Source of the DNA: Calcarisporiella thermophila CBS 279.70
Taxonomy: Eukaryota; Fungi; Calcarisporiellomycota
Direction of reading: 5' to 3'
DNA: 64,000 nt
Assembly: GCF_041956535.1 (NCBI RefSeq)
Contig: NW_027192208.1
Coordinates: 149,036 to 213,035 of the forward strand
Positions 12,415-24,970 of this stretch are shown piece after piece. The notes under the pieces were generated by a model. The model did not search any database and was not told the origin of the DNA. It was given only the letters and a program-made list of their open reading frames with translations. The position numbers and the translations under genes were made by a program. Position 1 is the stretch's first letter. Each line of letters begins with the position of its first letter.

Positions 12415-13050
12415 AATATGTAACAGGGACCAAGGGCCAAGGGTCGGCCTCGGCTCCATAGACGCTGTTGTTTTGGCGGTTGTTATCAGCACCCTATTAT
12501 TGCTGGATCCTCTTTATTTTGGTTTCCGATTTTTTATATATTTTTTTTCCCAATCGCATCCGCAAATAAACATGGGCTGCCGCGCATTCTTTCTGAAATT
12601 ATACTTTTTCGTACACTAAAAATAATTCTAATTTTCCAGTAGAGTTCATAGAGAGAATGGCGAAATGTGATTGAATGCCAATTTTGATTTGCGAGGTGCA
12701 AAAATTAGCGATTGCCAAAATTGCGGAATGAAGCTCTTGATACACCTTTTCACACATTCCCACTTTTTTCAATCAAAGGAAAAGAGGCCCCTTCCCCGCC
12801 CCCCCACGCGCCATTCCGACGTTTGATTGCGGGATTTCAGTGTGAAATCGGGCGTGATTTTCCGAACACTTGCACAAGAGTAGGTAATCAGGGCATTATT
12901 AGCAGCCTTGCCCTCTTAGTCATTATTGCAATATTTTGTTTTTTTTTTCCTGGAGGTTTGAGCTGCAAGTCTCACTTCTTCATTGGCAGGCTCCGCATTT
13001 CAATTTTGCAAATCCATCCCGGAAGAATTCCCATCCACACCACCCCATCT

Positions 13051-13206
13051 ATGGCCACTGTATTTGCCTCGGGCAACTCTGTTCCTCCCTCCTCAATAAA
13101 CACGCCCGAGAGTTTTGCGGACGAAGATCCCCCCTCCACCACATCTAAATCTAATCAGGGGGGCGTCACAAACTCGACCAGCGGCGGCGGGAGCAAACGC
13201 CGACGT

Positions 13207-13263
<57 letters not shown>

Positions 13264-14620
13264 CAACAAAAGGAGGGCGACACGCCCACCAAGGCAAAGA
13301 GAAGGAGATTAAATCCTGAGCAGCTTGCAGAGCTCACTGCATTATATGAGCAGACGGACACCCCGAGCTATGAAATGAGGGAAGAGGTGGCACGCAGGCT
13401 TGGGATGACGAATCGGGAAGTACAGGTATGGGTTGATCTGGGGTCGGAAGCTAACCCGATTCAATATTAACTGCATGCTCCTCCTGAATGCTTAGATCTG
13501 GTTCCAGAATCGCCGCGCCAAGGCCAACCGAGCCAAGGCAATACAGCTTAAAATGCAGGGAGAGCACGATAACCGAAAGTTCTTCCACACCACCGCACCC
13601 ACCCTTGCGTCCCCCGCCTCTGCCTCCTCCTCCTCCACCACCACTGCAAACGCCCTCTCCTCACAGCCCCCCTCCGCACTGGCTGCACCGTCAGGAGTCG
13701 ACACACAAAACACATACCAATTTGTCTCCTTCTACGGCCCAGGCGCTGCACAGCAGCCGCAACAGCAGCCGCCGCCGCCGCCACCCCCACCACAGCCTCC
13801 ACAACAGCAACAGCAAGCGGGAGCAAAAGCCTCCCGCGGGGGCGCTGAAGGCCAGAGGCGCATGTCTCAAACGTTGCGGCCGTTAATTCTGCCGGCCGCA
13901 CCCCCCTCCACCGCAACCACAGGGTTTGCGTATGGAGTCCCTGGGGGGGTGGCCTCGTCATCGGCCCCCGATTCACCGGTCACCCCGACCTCGCCCCTCT
14001 CGTATCCCAATTTCGCAGGGGCCACGATGAGCTCCGCGGGAGGCATGATGGGCACGGTCCGAACCAGCCCCACCGGCCCCAAAATGCTACGGCCAAGCTC
14101 GCCGTCCACGCCGCCGCACAGCCTGAATTCACGCGGGTCGCGCCTTATGCCCGCAAGTAAGACGCCCATGGATCTTCTGGCATGTGCCGCGCAGATGCTC
14201 CAACAGGAAGAGTCGGCGGCCGCGGACCATGCCCACGGGATGCATGAGGACGCCGACGAGTGGACATGGCAAATGCGACGACGGTCCGAGGTGCCGCCGA
14301 TCAGCGCATGGAACGAGGAGGACGTGCGACCCAGCCTGAGGCGGCGGAGCGATACATCCTGGCTGTCCTTCCGGATGCGGGTCTCGTCGCTGCCTCGAGG
14401 ACACGCGGGGCTGAGGACGGTTGCGGAGGCCGCGGAAAGGGACGCCAACGCCGAGAGCGAGCAAAAGGGTAGGAAAGAGGAGCCGAGGGGGGAGAGGCCG
14501 GAGACGCGGGAGAAGCCAGAGGAGGGCGACTCATCGCAGGTGCTGGACACAGAATCCCCCCCGGCCGAAGAGGGTGGAGAGAGTAAGCGAGGCGGAGGCA
14601 CATGGCGGCCCTGGGACTGA
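13051..14620 (+). CDS. Homeodomain transcription factor with polyQ tract; intron 13426-13496
   Basis: KAKRRRLNPEQLAELTALYEQTDTPSYEMREEVARRLGMTNREVQ|IWFQNRRAK. Confidence 0.92.
13207..13269 (+). repeat. CAG/CAA trinucleotide repeat encoding a polyQ run of about 21 residues
   Basis: Directly visible CAG/CAA run. Confidence 0.95.
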
Positions 14621-15333
14621 AATACGAAAAAGTTTATATATTTCCTTTTTTTTTAAGTATTTGTATTATCTTTAATTTTTTTTTCATTGTTTCTTTTATA
14701 TTATCAATTTTGATTTTCTTTTATATTCTATGTTTTTTTTTTCCTGTTTTCACCTTAAAATGAACATCATGACGGGACATTTCTTCGTTTCCTTTTTTTT
14801 TTTTCATTTTATTAATTCACCATTGTGTTTGTGCTTTTTTTTTCTCACATATTTTCCAATAGAAGTGGCATGATGAAGTGTTAAAAAAAAAAATACGCAA
14901 AATAAAAGGGGAAAAAAATCCAGCTGTATTAAAGGCGAGAAAACAAACAAACACAAAAGAGCGTCTAGATGATCCACTCGACCATCGGCACTGCCTCTCC
15001 CGTCCTCCTCCACTATCTTCTCCGCATGACGCATCACTAGAATTACACTTGTCCGTCCACTTCCTCCGCCTCGCCCTGTCAAGGACGTACACCCAAGAAT
15101 AACCACATCACAGCTATGCACTAGCGCATATACTAAATGCACACAAGAAAGAATAGCAAAAAAAACACCATTACAAATAATAATACAATTAAGTTATATA
15201 TGTATAAAAATATATATGCATAAATAGAGTTAATAATAGCACACATAACACAATAGTGACAGAAAAAGAAAAGTGCGACCACGCGGGAATAAGCGTGGGG
15301 GGGGAGGGGGAGATGGAGGCAGAATGAGGTGAA

Positions 15334-18300
15334 CTAAGAGCTTAGCACGCCTACGGGGGCGACGGGCAGCGCGACCGTGGGCTCAAACCCCGACGAGAGC
15401 GAGTCCTTTCTTTTTCTCCCTTCTGCCCCAGTGTCGAGCTCTTTGCTTCGAAATCCAGACCTAGTCCCCTCCACTCCTTCCAGCGGCAGGAGGGTGGTGT
15501 AAGGCTCCTTGGCACCAAGGGCGTTGAATCCCTCGAGAAGGTCACCGTCCAGCGGGGGGAGAAGGGGAGGGCGCTCTGGAAGTGGGATAGGGTGTGGCGT
15601 TGATTTCTTGCCCTGCCCTCTGGAACTCTCTCTCTCTTCACGTCGGCGGCTACGGCTGCGACTACGGCTTTGGCTGCGACTGGATCGATCGCTGTAGATC
15701 TCCACCGTCTCCCATACCGATGTGTCCTCCAAGCCTTCCGGGGGCCTATCCGACGACAAGGTGGGTGAGGCACGGGTCGGAGACCCGTCTCGCTTCGCTG
15801 CATCGCCAAACACGCCATCGTACTCCTTGATCAACAGGGTGAACACCCCCGCGGGGATGCCAAGCGTAGGCGAAAACACAATACCGACGTTGCGGGTGGT
15901 CATGCGGTTGACATTAGAGTTCCTGACCACCTTGATCAAATGCCGCATTAGCGCCCGGAGCAGCGCACAGTTTGCAGGCGGGAGAGCAGCAATGAGGGTG
16001 CGAAGTTGCGGAACATGCTCACGCGCCTCCAAATCGATGACACGGAGGAAATCCATGTGCATGCGGCGTGTTAGAATACTGGTGGGGAGCTCGCGGAAGT
16101 AGAGCTTGAGCAATCCGGCGACGGCATGGACGTCATAGTACTGGTCGCTGGAGAGGAGGTCGACGTCGCCCTCTAGCAATTCCCACCAAGGGAGGAAGAA
16201 TATCAAAACCGTATTAGCAAACAATTAACAAAAGTAAGCGAGGCCATTCGTCTTTAACTTACCCGAATTAAATCGATCCTTCAGCATTCGGATCGTGGCG
16301 CTACTCCCCGAGAGTCGATAGATGCCCTCCTCCTTTTCCGCCTCGTGGGCCTCCAAGTACTGGATGCATCGATACACCACCGCGGGGAGGAGGGAGGAGT
16401 CGGCGGAATCCTGAGGCAGAGGGGCCACTCGAATCGCATCCATCAGCGGCACGCCGAACACCCGTCTGCTGCCACTAACATACCGCACCTCCTCCTCAGG
16501 CGGGAGGTTGGGAGCAGTAGGGGACACGGCAGGCTTGGCATCGGGCTTGAACACACGGCCAAATCCAAAGCCCACGCGGGTTGTTCTCACTTCCTCCTCT
16601 CCACCCGCATTCCTACTCGACCCCTCCTCCTCTGAATTCACCGGGCCCCCTCCAATGGCACCGCCACGGCCCGGGATTGCTCGTGGCGAGGGAAGGGGTG
16701 CTCGATGCTCCACGGCGATGCTGCGATTTGTACTCTCGAACGACGTGATCGAGGCAGGCGAGCTAGGCCAGTGGTCCGGAGGTGGGCCGGAGTGATCCAC
16801 GCCCGACCTACCCCCAAACAAGCCCGCAGGGCCGGGCATGTTGGTGGGCAGAGAGGAGGAGTAAAGGGGTGAATGGGGGGCGGAGTTGGGCTCCCGGCTA
16901 ACGCTGCTTTTACGCCGGCGGATAGGGGTTGCGAGGTTCATCTCTTCTGCGGTACCTTCTTTCCTCTCCTCCAGATCATTCATGCGGCGAGCCATCGTCG
17001 GCTGGCCATGCTGGTGCGATCGGTGGGGCATATACGCTGCCCCCTGCGGCTCCTCCACGGACGGGCGCGCGATTTTACCCAGGGATTTTGTGCTTGCCGA
17101 CCTCTTCATGCTCGTCCCGCCCCTCTCCTCACTCGCCACCCCTCCTCCTGGCATATGCGCCACATCGGACTCGCCCTCCACCTCCGTGCCAATCCACCTT
17201 GCCAAGGCACGCACCCACTCGTCTCTTTCCTCGTCCGAAGACGCACACAAAATGTGTCTCACAAGCTCTGGCGAGTTTGGCTTCTTGGGTTCAAGAATGA
17301 TGATCGCGTGGCGATAGCTATCCGCCGAGGCCGACTCGACGGGGGTGATGTGGCGGCCAATCTTGGAATGGGTGAGCAGGATGCGCCCCAGCCATTCTCC
17401 GTCACGGTTTTCGAAATAGTTGAGCACGGGCGAGTTGTTTAGCACGAAGAAACGCTTCTTCCAGCCGCCGAAATTGCGGCCCCGTTTCGTCAAATACCCG
17501 TCCTTGTAGCCCGTCTAAAGTCAAAAGTTAATTATCACACACGATGCCATACCAAAGAAAAGGAACCCCATCCCAGGTGGGGCGAGTTGCTACTACTAAC
17601 TACCTCTGGGCTTTGTGTGGGTTTATCAATAAGATTGGTGCTGAGGAATTCGCAGATGATGCTGGGATTGGCGAGTGGCATAGTGATTAACTGGATTAAG
17701 TACTGCTCAAATAGACGCTATAAAATAGGAAACTTCTTAGTACTTTGTACCAAAGATCACGGGCACACCCAAATGTATACCTTGCGCTGGTCGACTTTGG
17801 TGGGCGCAATCGTATTGTTCAAACGAGCATCAGGTAGTTTTCCGACTTTGGCCATGGTGGCCTTACCTTCCCGTTTCCTTAACTACGCGTCATGAAAAGG
17901 CGGGGGGTCAATCACAAGTGAAAAAAAAAAAAACCAAAAAGATACTCAAAGCCAAGCAAGTGGACAGGTACCTTGGAGTCCAGGGCCACAAAATCGCTGT
18001 ACAATTTTTCAACTCTCCAAAGCTCCTCGGTCGTATCTTCCCCATGAATTCTTAGCTCCTCCCATGAAAGCTCGCCCGCGCTTGGTTTCAAAGGCATTTT
18101 TTCCTTCACGATGGCAAGTGTAAAGCTAAGAGTCTCTCTTCCCTTCTCACTCGGCAGAATCTTAGTCGTCACGACGCGCACACTTGCACCCGACATACTC
18201 TCGGAGGCGGTGGTGTAGGTTTCGGTGACATAAGGTTTGGTGTCGGAAACAATGACGAATTCGGGAGGGCGGCGGGAGGGCGAGACAGGCTCGTCCAGGG

Positions 18301-19462
18301 GAGAGGTGGAGGGGGCCGGGTGGTTAGTCTGTCTAGCGGGCGAGGGGGGAGGGCCGTCGGATGGGGTTTTCACCGACACGGGTCGATTCGGGGGGTGAGG
18401 CAATGTGTGAGTGCTCGGCTCCGCCTCTTTCTCCCTCTCCAAGGAGGTGGAGCGCAAATGGTAGGATGGCGGGGAAGGCAACTGAGCGGTGATGTATTGG
18501 CTGATCTCGTTTGGGAGGGCCCCCGGGACAGGGGGCGGCCGCCGATCACGCACGGGGCGCTTGCGATCAGGCGAGTTCGACTTGGCAGCAGCAGCAGCAG
18601 CAGCAGCCGAAATGGGGGGAGTGAGTGGTGTGTCTGTTGGGACCCGTCCGGCGGGAGCCATGGAGGTTGGAGAATGGGCTGGCCCTTCTAGTCTAGTTGG
18701 CGCCATTCCCGTTATCGAGGGTAGCTCTGCAGGTATAGGATGAGGCTCTTCGGGCCGACCAGGAGGCGCTCGTAAGCTTGAAGCATTCTTAAGCAGGCTG
18801 TGCGCAGCCATATAGGGATATTGGATATCGTCTTGTTGGTTATCGCTAAGGCCGAGGTTGGAGAGATCTCGAGAGCCCACGGTGAGGCGAAAGGGGGAGC
18901 GACGGGGGACGGGCGGGCAAAGAGGTTGCGCCTCGACTCCACCAGTCTCTGCGCTCTTCCCCGCCTGAGGGGGAGATGAGCGCAGATTCGTGACAGGCTG
19001 TTTGCTTAGCCAATCTTGCTCATGGCCTTCCATCATTAATTCCAATTCCTGCGGATTCACGATTCTCTTTTCTAGCAAAGGAGAGGCCGTTTTTTCATCT
19101 TTCTCCCCGTCTTCCTCGCTCCTCTTCCCACTAGGGTTCTCGTGGGTCCTCGGAGCCTGTTCATCCAGCTGAGCGGGGACCTGCGCCGCGGACTTTTCCT
19201 GATGCAGCTGCTCTAATTCCGCAATTCGCTTTATGAAGCCTTGCCGCTCTGCAGTGAGGCCATCGAGATCCTTTTGCAGAGCCTGGAGAAGCGTGCGCTG
19301 TTTTTCCACAATCTTCCAGAGCTGCTCGGCCTGAGAGCGAAGGTTGGCCTTCTCCAACAGCAGCTGCCGGATCCTCTCGTCGTTATCGGTGGGGATGGCG
19401 GAAGAATGCGAGGATTCCGGGGTGTTGCTTCGGGATGAAAAGTCTGAATGCTGGATCATCAT
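15334..19462 (-). CDS. BEM3: Coiled-coil-PX-PH-RhoGAP protein (Bem3-like), multi-exon
   Basis: PX WRVEKLYSDFVALDSK; PH GYLTKRGRNFGGWKKRFFVL; RhoGAP VFGVPL, EEGIYRLSGS, DVHAVAGLLKLYFRELP, NRMTTRNVGIVFSPTL. Confidence 0.88.
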
Positions 19463-21696
19463 CTCCTTTTCTTCGTCGAAAGGAAACAAAGCTAGTGCGT
19501 GAGAGGATGATGGGAATGATGGGATATGAATCGATGGCTACCACAGGGAGACGAGGAAGGGGAGATGGCGGTAAGGTTAAGGCTTTGGGGGGAAAGAGAG
19601 CCAGTTGCGCGTGCGTTGAGCAAAAAATCTGATCTATTGAGGCTCCGTCCCGTTTGGAAAAGCGTCTGTGCACAAATTACCTCTCCGGCTTTTGCTTGCA
19701 ACCTTTGGCTGTCCTCTTCACGCCTCCTCGCACCGATCTGCCGTGCAAATGGAACTTGGCCTCCCGCTGACCTTGAAATTCGGGACTCTCCTTGCTCAAC
19801 ACCGGCCCTTCCCCCGGGCCAGCTGCGGGGAGGGGGCAGGGGCGCCCCTCGAGGGAGGCGCTCGAGACCTTCTGCCGCACGCATCCTCGACGAGCCCAAT
19901 GCTTGGTGACGGTTACCGGGCCAGCGGAAACATTCACCCGTGTTTTTCTCCCCTTTTTTTTTCATTCCTTAATTCTCCGAGATTGATTTCAGGAGAGCAT
20001 TCCATCCCACGAGGCTGTCTCTCCTTGTGTCATGTCTCGTCGCATAAGGAAAGACTGGATTTCTAATTTTGTGGCCGTTCACCATGAAAGCCGCGCGCCA
20101 GCAAATGAGCGTGGCCTGCAGGCCGAGGGTGGCCCAAATCCCACGGCCAACCACCCGTCCCTCTGTCCCCCGCCCATCCTTACCCTAGCGGCCCTCTCCG
20201 CCCGTCCTGGGGTTGAGCAGCGCTTACCAGCGCACAAGCCTTCATGGTCCTACAGAGGTGCGGGCGCGGCTGGCCGTCGGCTCACCGAACAAAGTGCTCT
20301 TCCGCGGTGGAACGCAAACAAACCAGGCGTGCGGGCTGCCGTTGACGAGTGCACGCGCATGCACCTACCACTCTCCTGGGGTCCTCTCGGAACCTCTACA
20401 GTACTCGGCTGCATCTCAGGCATTGAGGCGGCCGATCTGCGGCCGGGGTTACACCACAGAGTTTTCTGGGCAAAACAAAAATCAAACTGAAATCGGCATA
20501 TCAACCTTCTCAGGCAGAAAAGCTGGTTTTTACCTGCTTATGCAATCCAATCCAAGCATGTGCGATCGCCCTCATTCGAGCGCCTCTATGGTCATCTTGG
20601 GCGGGCCTCCGGCCAAGATGCTCCAGGGGGAGAGAGCCCGCCATGGATCAGACGGGCGATCCGCCGCCGGGGCCGGCGATTACTGTCCATCTCTTGAGCC
20701 CAATACAAAGCTCGGGCAATATGCACAATCAAGGATGGACAAGAATCGGCTGCAGTTCCTCATCCACTCAGTTTCTGGGAGCTCTCTAGCTTTCACGATT
20801 CTCTTGGCATGATCGAGAGATTCCCTGAAAGCTCTACTCCGCTCTCTCACATGAAATGGAAAACCCGTTCTGAAATGAAAATAATCAGATGCGAGTGGAG
20901 ATGTCCGCATAATCCAGTTAGCGATTGCTCTCCCAGGGCGAGGGTCTTTTCCATCTCCATCGTCTCTCCACTTCCTATTTCGACGCTAGAGAAGATGCAC
21001 CTACCGCTCGCCTCAGCCTCCCCTTCTCTTAGGCTCAATCGCTCTCGTTTACATAGTATACAGGCGTTAATTCATCCGTCGGGAAGATTAGGTTGGAACA
21101 CCCATTAGTAATGCAAATCTTCAGAATATACTGTGTCCGGATCCATATTTTCCTTGCAAATTATGCCAGCGGTGACACTACAATACGAGAAAATTATATA
21201 CACTGCTCCCTGACCACGTAGAGACACATCAAAGCTTTTCTCGGCAAGGAAATGTTTTACTCGCATGGATGGATCCTCTGATTCATTTTTCCTTTATTCG
21301 CCCCTAGCTTGGACATGTGGATAAGTTTGAAAGGTCACAAACACTTGTGCTCTTCAGCATCCTTAACTGTACCTGTGGCCCCAAGGACACTTCACAGCTG
21401 CTCCTGTCACCTATTCCAGCTCAACTAAAGCTCCTAGCCGATCGTTTGAATCCTATGCAAATCGGCAAAGTACGTGTTCATTGAACAACGAAATGTGGCA
21501 GTCCTATAGGGTCTTGTCACATATCGAGACGACGTGTGCTCAACACCTCGGTGTCCAGGCCGTAACTTGGTAGAGCAGCCTAGTGCAAAATCTTGGGTAA
21601 AAATAAACGTCACAATGGAAGCACGTCACACTCCATGTATTAAGGACGGAAATTCTAGCAACTCCCGAAAGCACGGATTAAAAAACGGTCATCGAA

Positions 21697-22977
21697 ATGC
21701 AACAACAAACAGAGCCCGAACTCTACGATCCGCCCACCGATGGCATCACCAGCATGCAGTTCAGTCCGATGGATCCCGTACTCTTAATGGTTACTTCTTG
21801 GGATAAGGTAATTCGATGAAGTTATTTTTTTATCCTCTTTCCAATGTCCATCAATGCATTTTTTTTTTTTTTACTGGTAGATGGTGAGATTATACGATGT
21901 ACAATCCAATCAGCTACGCGCACGATACGATCACGCTGGAGCCGTGCTGGATGGCTGCTTTTCTGCAGATGGAATTAATGTATTTAGCGGAGGGATTGAC
22001 AAGCGCGTTCGTATGTTTGATGTCACCGTGGTGCGAGAGTCAAAGTCCCTGGGAGCCCACGATGAAGCGGTGCGATGCGTAAACTATTGCGACGAAACAA
22101 GTATTAGATTGCTTACCATGTTTGCGTACTGACCATTCACTCACTACTCCTTCTTTTTGCTGTTAACAGATCAGGTAGTGAGTGGATCTTGGGACAAGAC
22201 GCTTAAATTTTGGGACCCCCGCTCCCAACAAGCATTGGTTGGAACATACCCGCAGCCTGAAAAAATCTTCTCTATGGATATTGTCGGCAATAAACTAGTG
22301 GTGGCTATGGCTCAGCGAATTGTTCACATTTTCGACGTGCGCAACATGGATGAGCCATTGCAGCGAAGAGAGAGCTCGCTTAAATTCCAGACACGCTGCG
22401 TGCGGTGTATGCCAAACGGCGAAGGTATGAACGCCACGCGGTGAGGTGTTTAGGGTAGTTGGCTGACGCAATGTCTTTTTTTTGTGATCCGTAGGGTATG
22501 CAAGCAGTTCTATTGAAGGACGTGTGGCGGTAGAGTTCTTCGATAACTCCCCAGAATCACAGTCCCGCAAATATGCGTTCAAATGTCACCGCCAGGTGGT
22601 GGATGGAGTGGACACCGTATTTCCCGTCAATGCCCTCGCGTTCCACCCAGTGTTAGTCTCGCATCCTACTTTAACCTCCTAAACATATACTCACCTCCCA
22701 CTCTTTTGCTTCTGTTGATAGCCACGGTACCTTTGCTTCGGGTGGCGCTGATGGGGTTGTTAATCTCTGGGACGGTTTCAACAAAAAGCGATTGAGACAG
22801 TATCCTCGCTACCCGACCTCGATCGCATCTCTCGCCTTCAGCCCTGATGGGCGCATTTTAGCCATTGCGAGCAGTTACACATTTGAAGAGGGCGAGAAAG
22901 ATACGCCGCCGGATTCTGTGTTTATAAGATGGTTGGGAGAGAATGAGGGGAAGCCCAGGACCTCTTCTACCCAGTGA
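21697..22977 (+). CDS. BUB3: Spindle checkpoint WD40 protein Bub3, 5 exons
   Basis: [66 protein letters not shown]. Confidence 0.93.
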
Positions 22978-23347
22978 TAATATAATCCTCTGCTGTTTTT
23001 ATGCATGTTTTTTTTTCCCTCTATTATATTAATATTCTGTAAGAAATTTTCTATTGTCTTCTGCATTGACTCGATTTCTATTTTCATGTGCTGTTTTCTT
23101 TTTTTTTTTTTTAGCTTTCTGGTAGAATCTGGGAACACTTCCTTTTGAAAATTCGAACAAGAGAATCCGCTTTGCTTGCATGGTGCTTCACCAGTCTATT
23201 CTCTGGTACTGAATTGGATCTGGTTGTGACTGGCATTTTGTTTACTCTTTGAAAAGAACAGTCCCAATTTTCGGCCACCTACTGTACTTGGGCGAGAGAA
23301 AGAGGGGAGATCGTTGAATCACTATTTTCCTTCATTGCACAGACACC

Positions 23348-24593
23348 ATGTCCTCGAAAATATTACGCTTTGAGGGCTACAACTACTTTCGGCAACGGCT
23401 TATACTCGCGACACTCAGCGGCCGCATCGTGAGAATAGACAAGATACGCTCAGACGACGACAATCCAGGTTTGAATGGTAAAGTGCTAGCTTGCGTGTTA
23501 TTGTAATGAATGATAATGATCTAATGAGGATGAGGATTGGGCTTACTCTAGAACATGAGGCAAGCTTTTTGCGGCTGATCGAGAAAGTTACCAATGGATC
23601 TACAATTGAAATCAGTTATACAGGTATGTACGCGGCAACCTCCTCCCCCCCCCCCCCTTCCAGTGGATCCTATTTCGAACTCACCCATTTTTTTGTGATT
23701 TCTGTTTTTCCTCCTTGTCAGGTACAACGGTGGTGTATAAACCGGGAATCATAGCAGGAGGAAAAATTACGCATGACTGCGGGACATCGCGTGCCATTGG
23801 CTATTTCCTTGAGCCTCTCATTGTACTTGCCCCCTTCTCCAAAATGCCCTTCGTCCTTACTCTCACCGGCATCACCAACGATAACACCGATATCTCCGTC
23901 GATACCATCCGTACCGTGCTCCTTCCCCAACTAAAACTATTCGGCGTGGAGGATGGGCTCGAGCTGCGCATCACAAAGCGCGGGGCGCCCCCACTAGGAG
24001 GCGGCGAGGTTCGGTTTGTCTGCCCCATCACCAAGGCATTTCGTCCCACCCAGTTCACGGACCCGGGGCGCATCAAGCGCATCCGAGGCATCGCCAGCTC
24101 GACGCGTGTCTCTCCCCAGACCGCCAATCGTGTCGTCGAGTCAGCCCGCGCCCTGCTCAACCGCTACATCCCCGACGTCTACATCTTCACCGATGTCTAT
24201 CGGGGGGCCGAGTCCGGCAAATCGCCCGGGTTTGCCCTGTCGCTGGTGGCCGAGTCCACGACGGGGGCCCTCTATTGCTCCGAGACCGCGGCAGAAGCGG
24301 GCGAGACGCCGGAAGAGGTGGGCGACCGCGGGGCAAGAATGTTGCTCAGCGAGATACGGAGGGGGGGATGTGTCTCGGGGCTGGCCCAGTGGCTTGTGGT
24401 GGTGGGGATGGTGCTGGGGCCCGAGGATGTGAGCCGCGTGCGCTTCGGCCCCTTAACCCCCTTCACCATCCAGGTCCTGCGCGACCTTCGTGAATTCTTT
24501 GGCACCTCCTTCAAAGTCCGGCAGGAAGGCGACAGCTACGTGCTGGTGTGTGTAGGCACGGGCTACATCAACGTCAGCAAGAAGACGACATAA
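23348..24593 (+). CDS. RCL1: RNA 3'-terminal phosphate cyclase-like 18S rRNA biogenesis protein, 3 exons
   Basis: FRQRLILATLSGR, KVTNGSTIEISYTG, KRGAPPLGGGEV, GKSPGFALSLVAES, GTGYINVSK. Confidence 0.96.
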
Positions 24594-24970
24594 GGCGGTT
24601 CGCGTGTATGTGTGTGTCAATTTTTTTCCCCCCTTTTCATTCTTATTTGTAAATGTATATTTGATTAATAAACTTTTCCCGAGATGCAAGTTCCACATGC
24701 ACCCTCCCCCCCATCACCTACCTTCTAGTTTAGCAAGAAAGGCGCCAAATACCTCAGGGATACCCATTTTTGTTTATGATTTTAGACCTTAATTTTACTA
24801 TAAAAAATGGGGGGGAAGAAACAACGGCGCAAAGCAAATAAATAAAACGTCAGCAAAGGCAGTGGATGGTGGAATCGGGTTGGATTAGATATATAACGAG
24901 TGCAACAGCAGTAACAACAATGATAATACTAGACGAAAATGAAACCACACCTTCATGCGTAATACGAATG

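Noticed and set aside
19490-21600. Many overlapping ORFs between BEM3 and BUB3
   Set aside because: Low-complexity GC-rich translations on both strands; better explained as a long 5' UTR and divergent promoter
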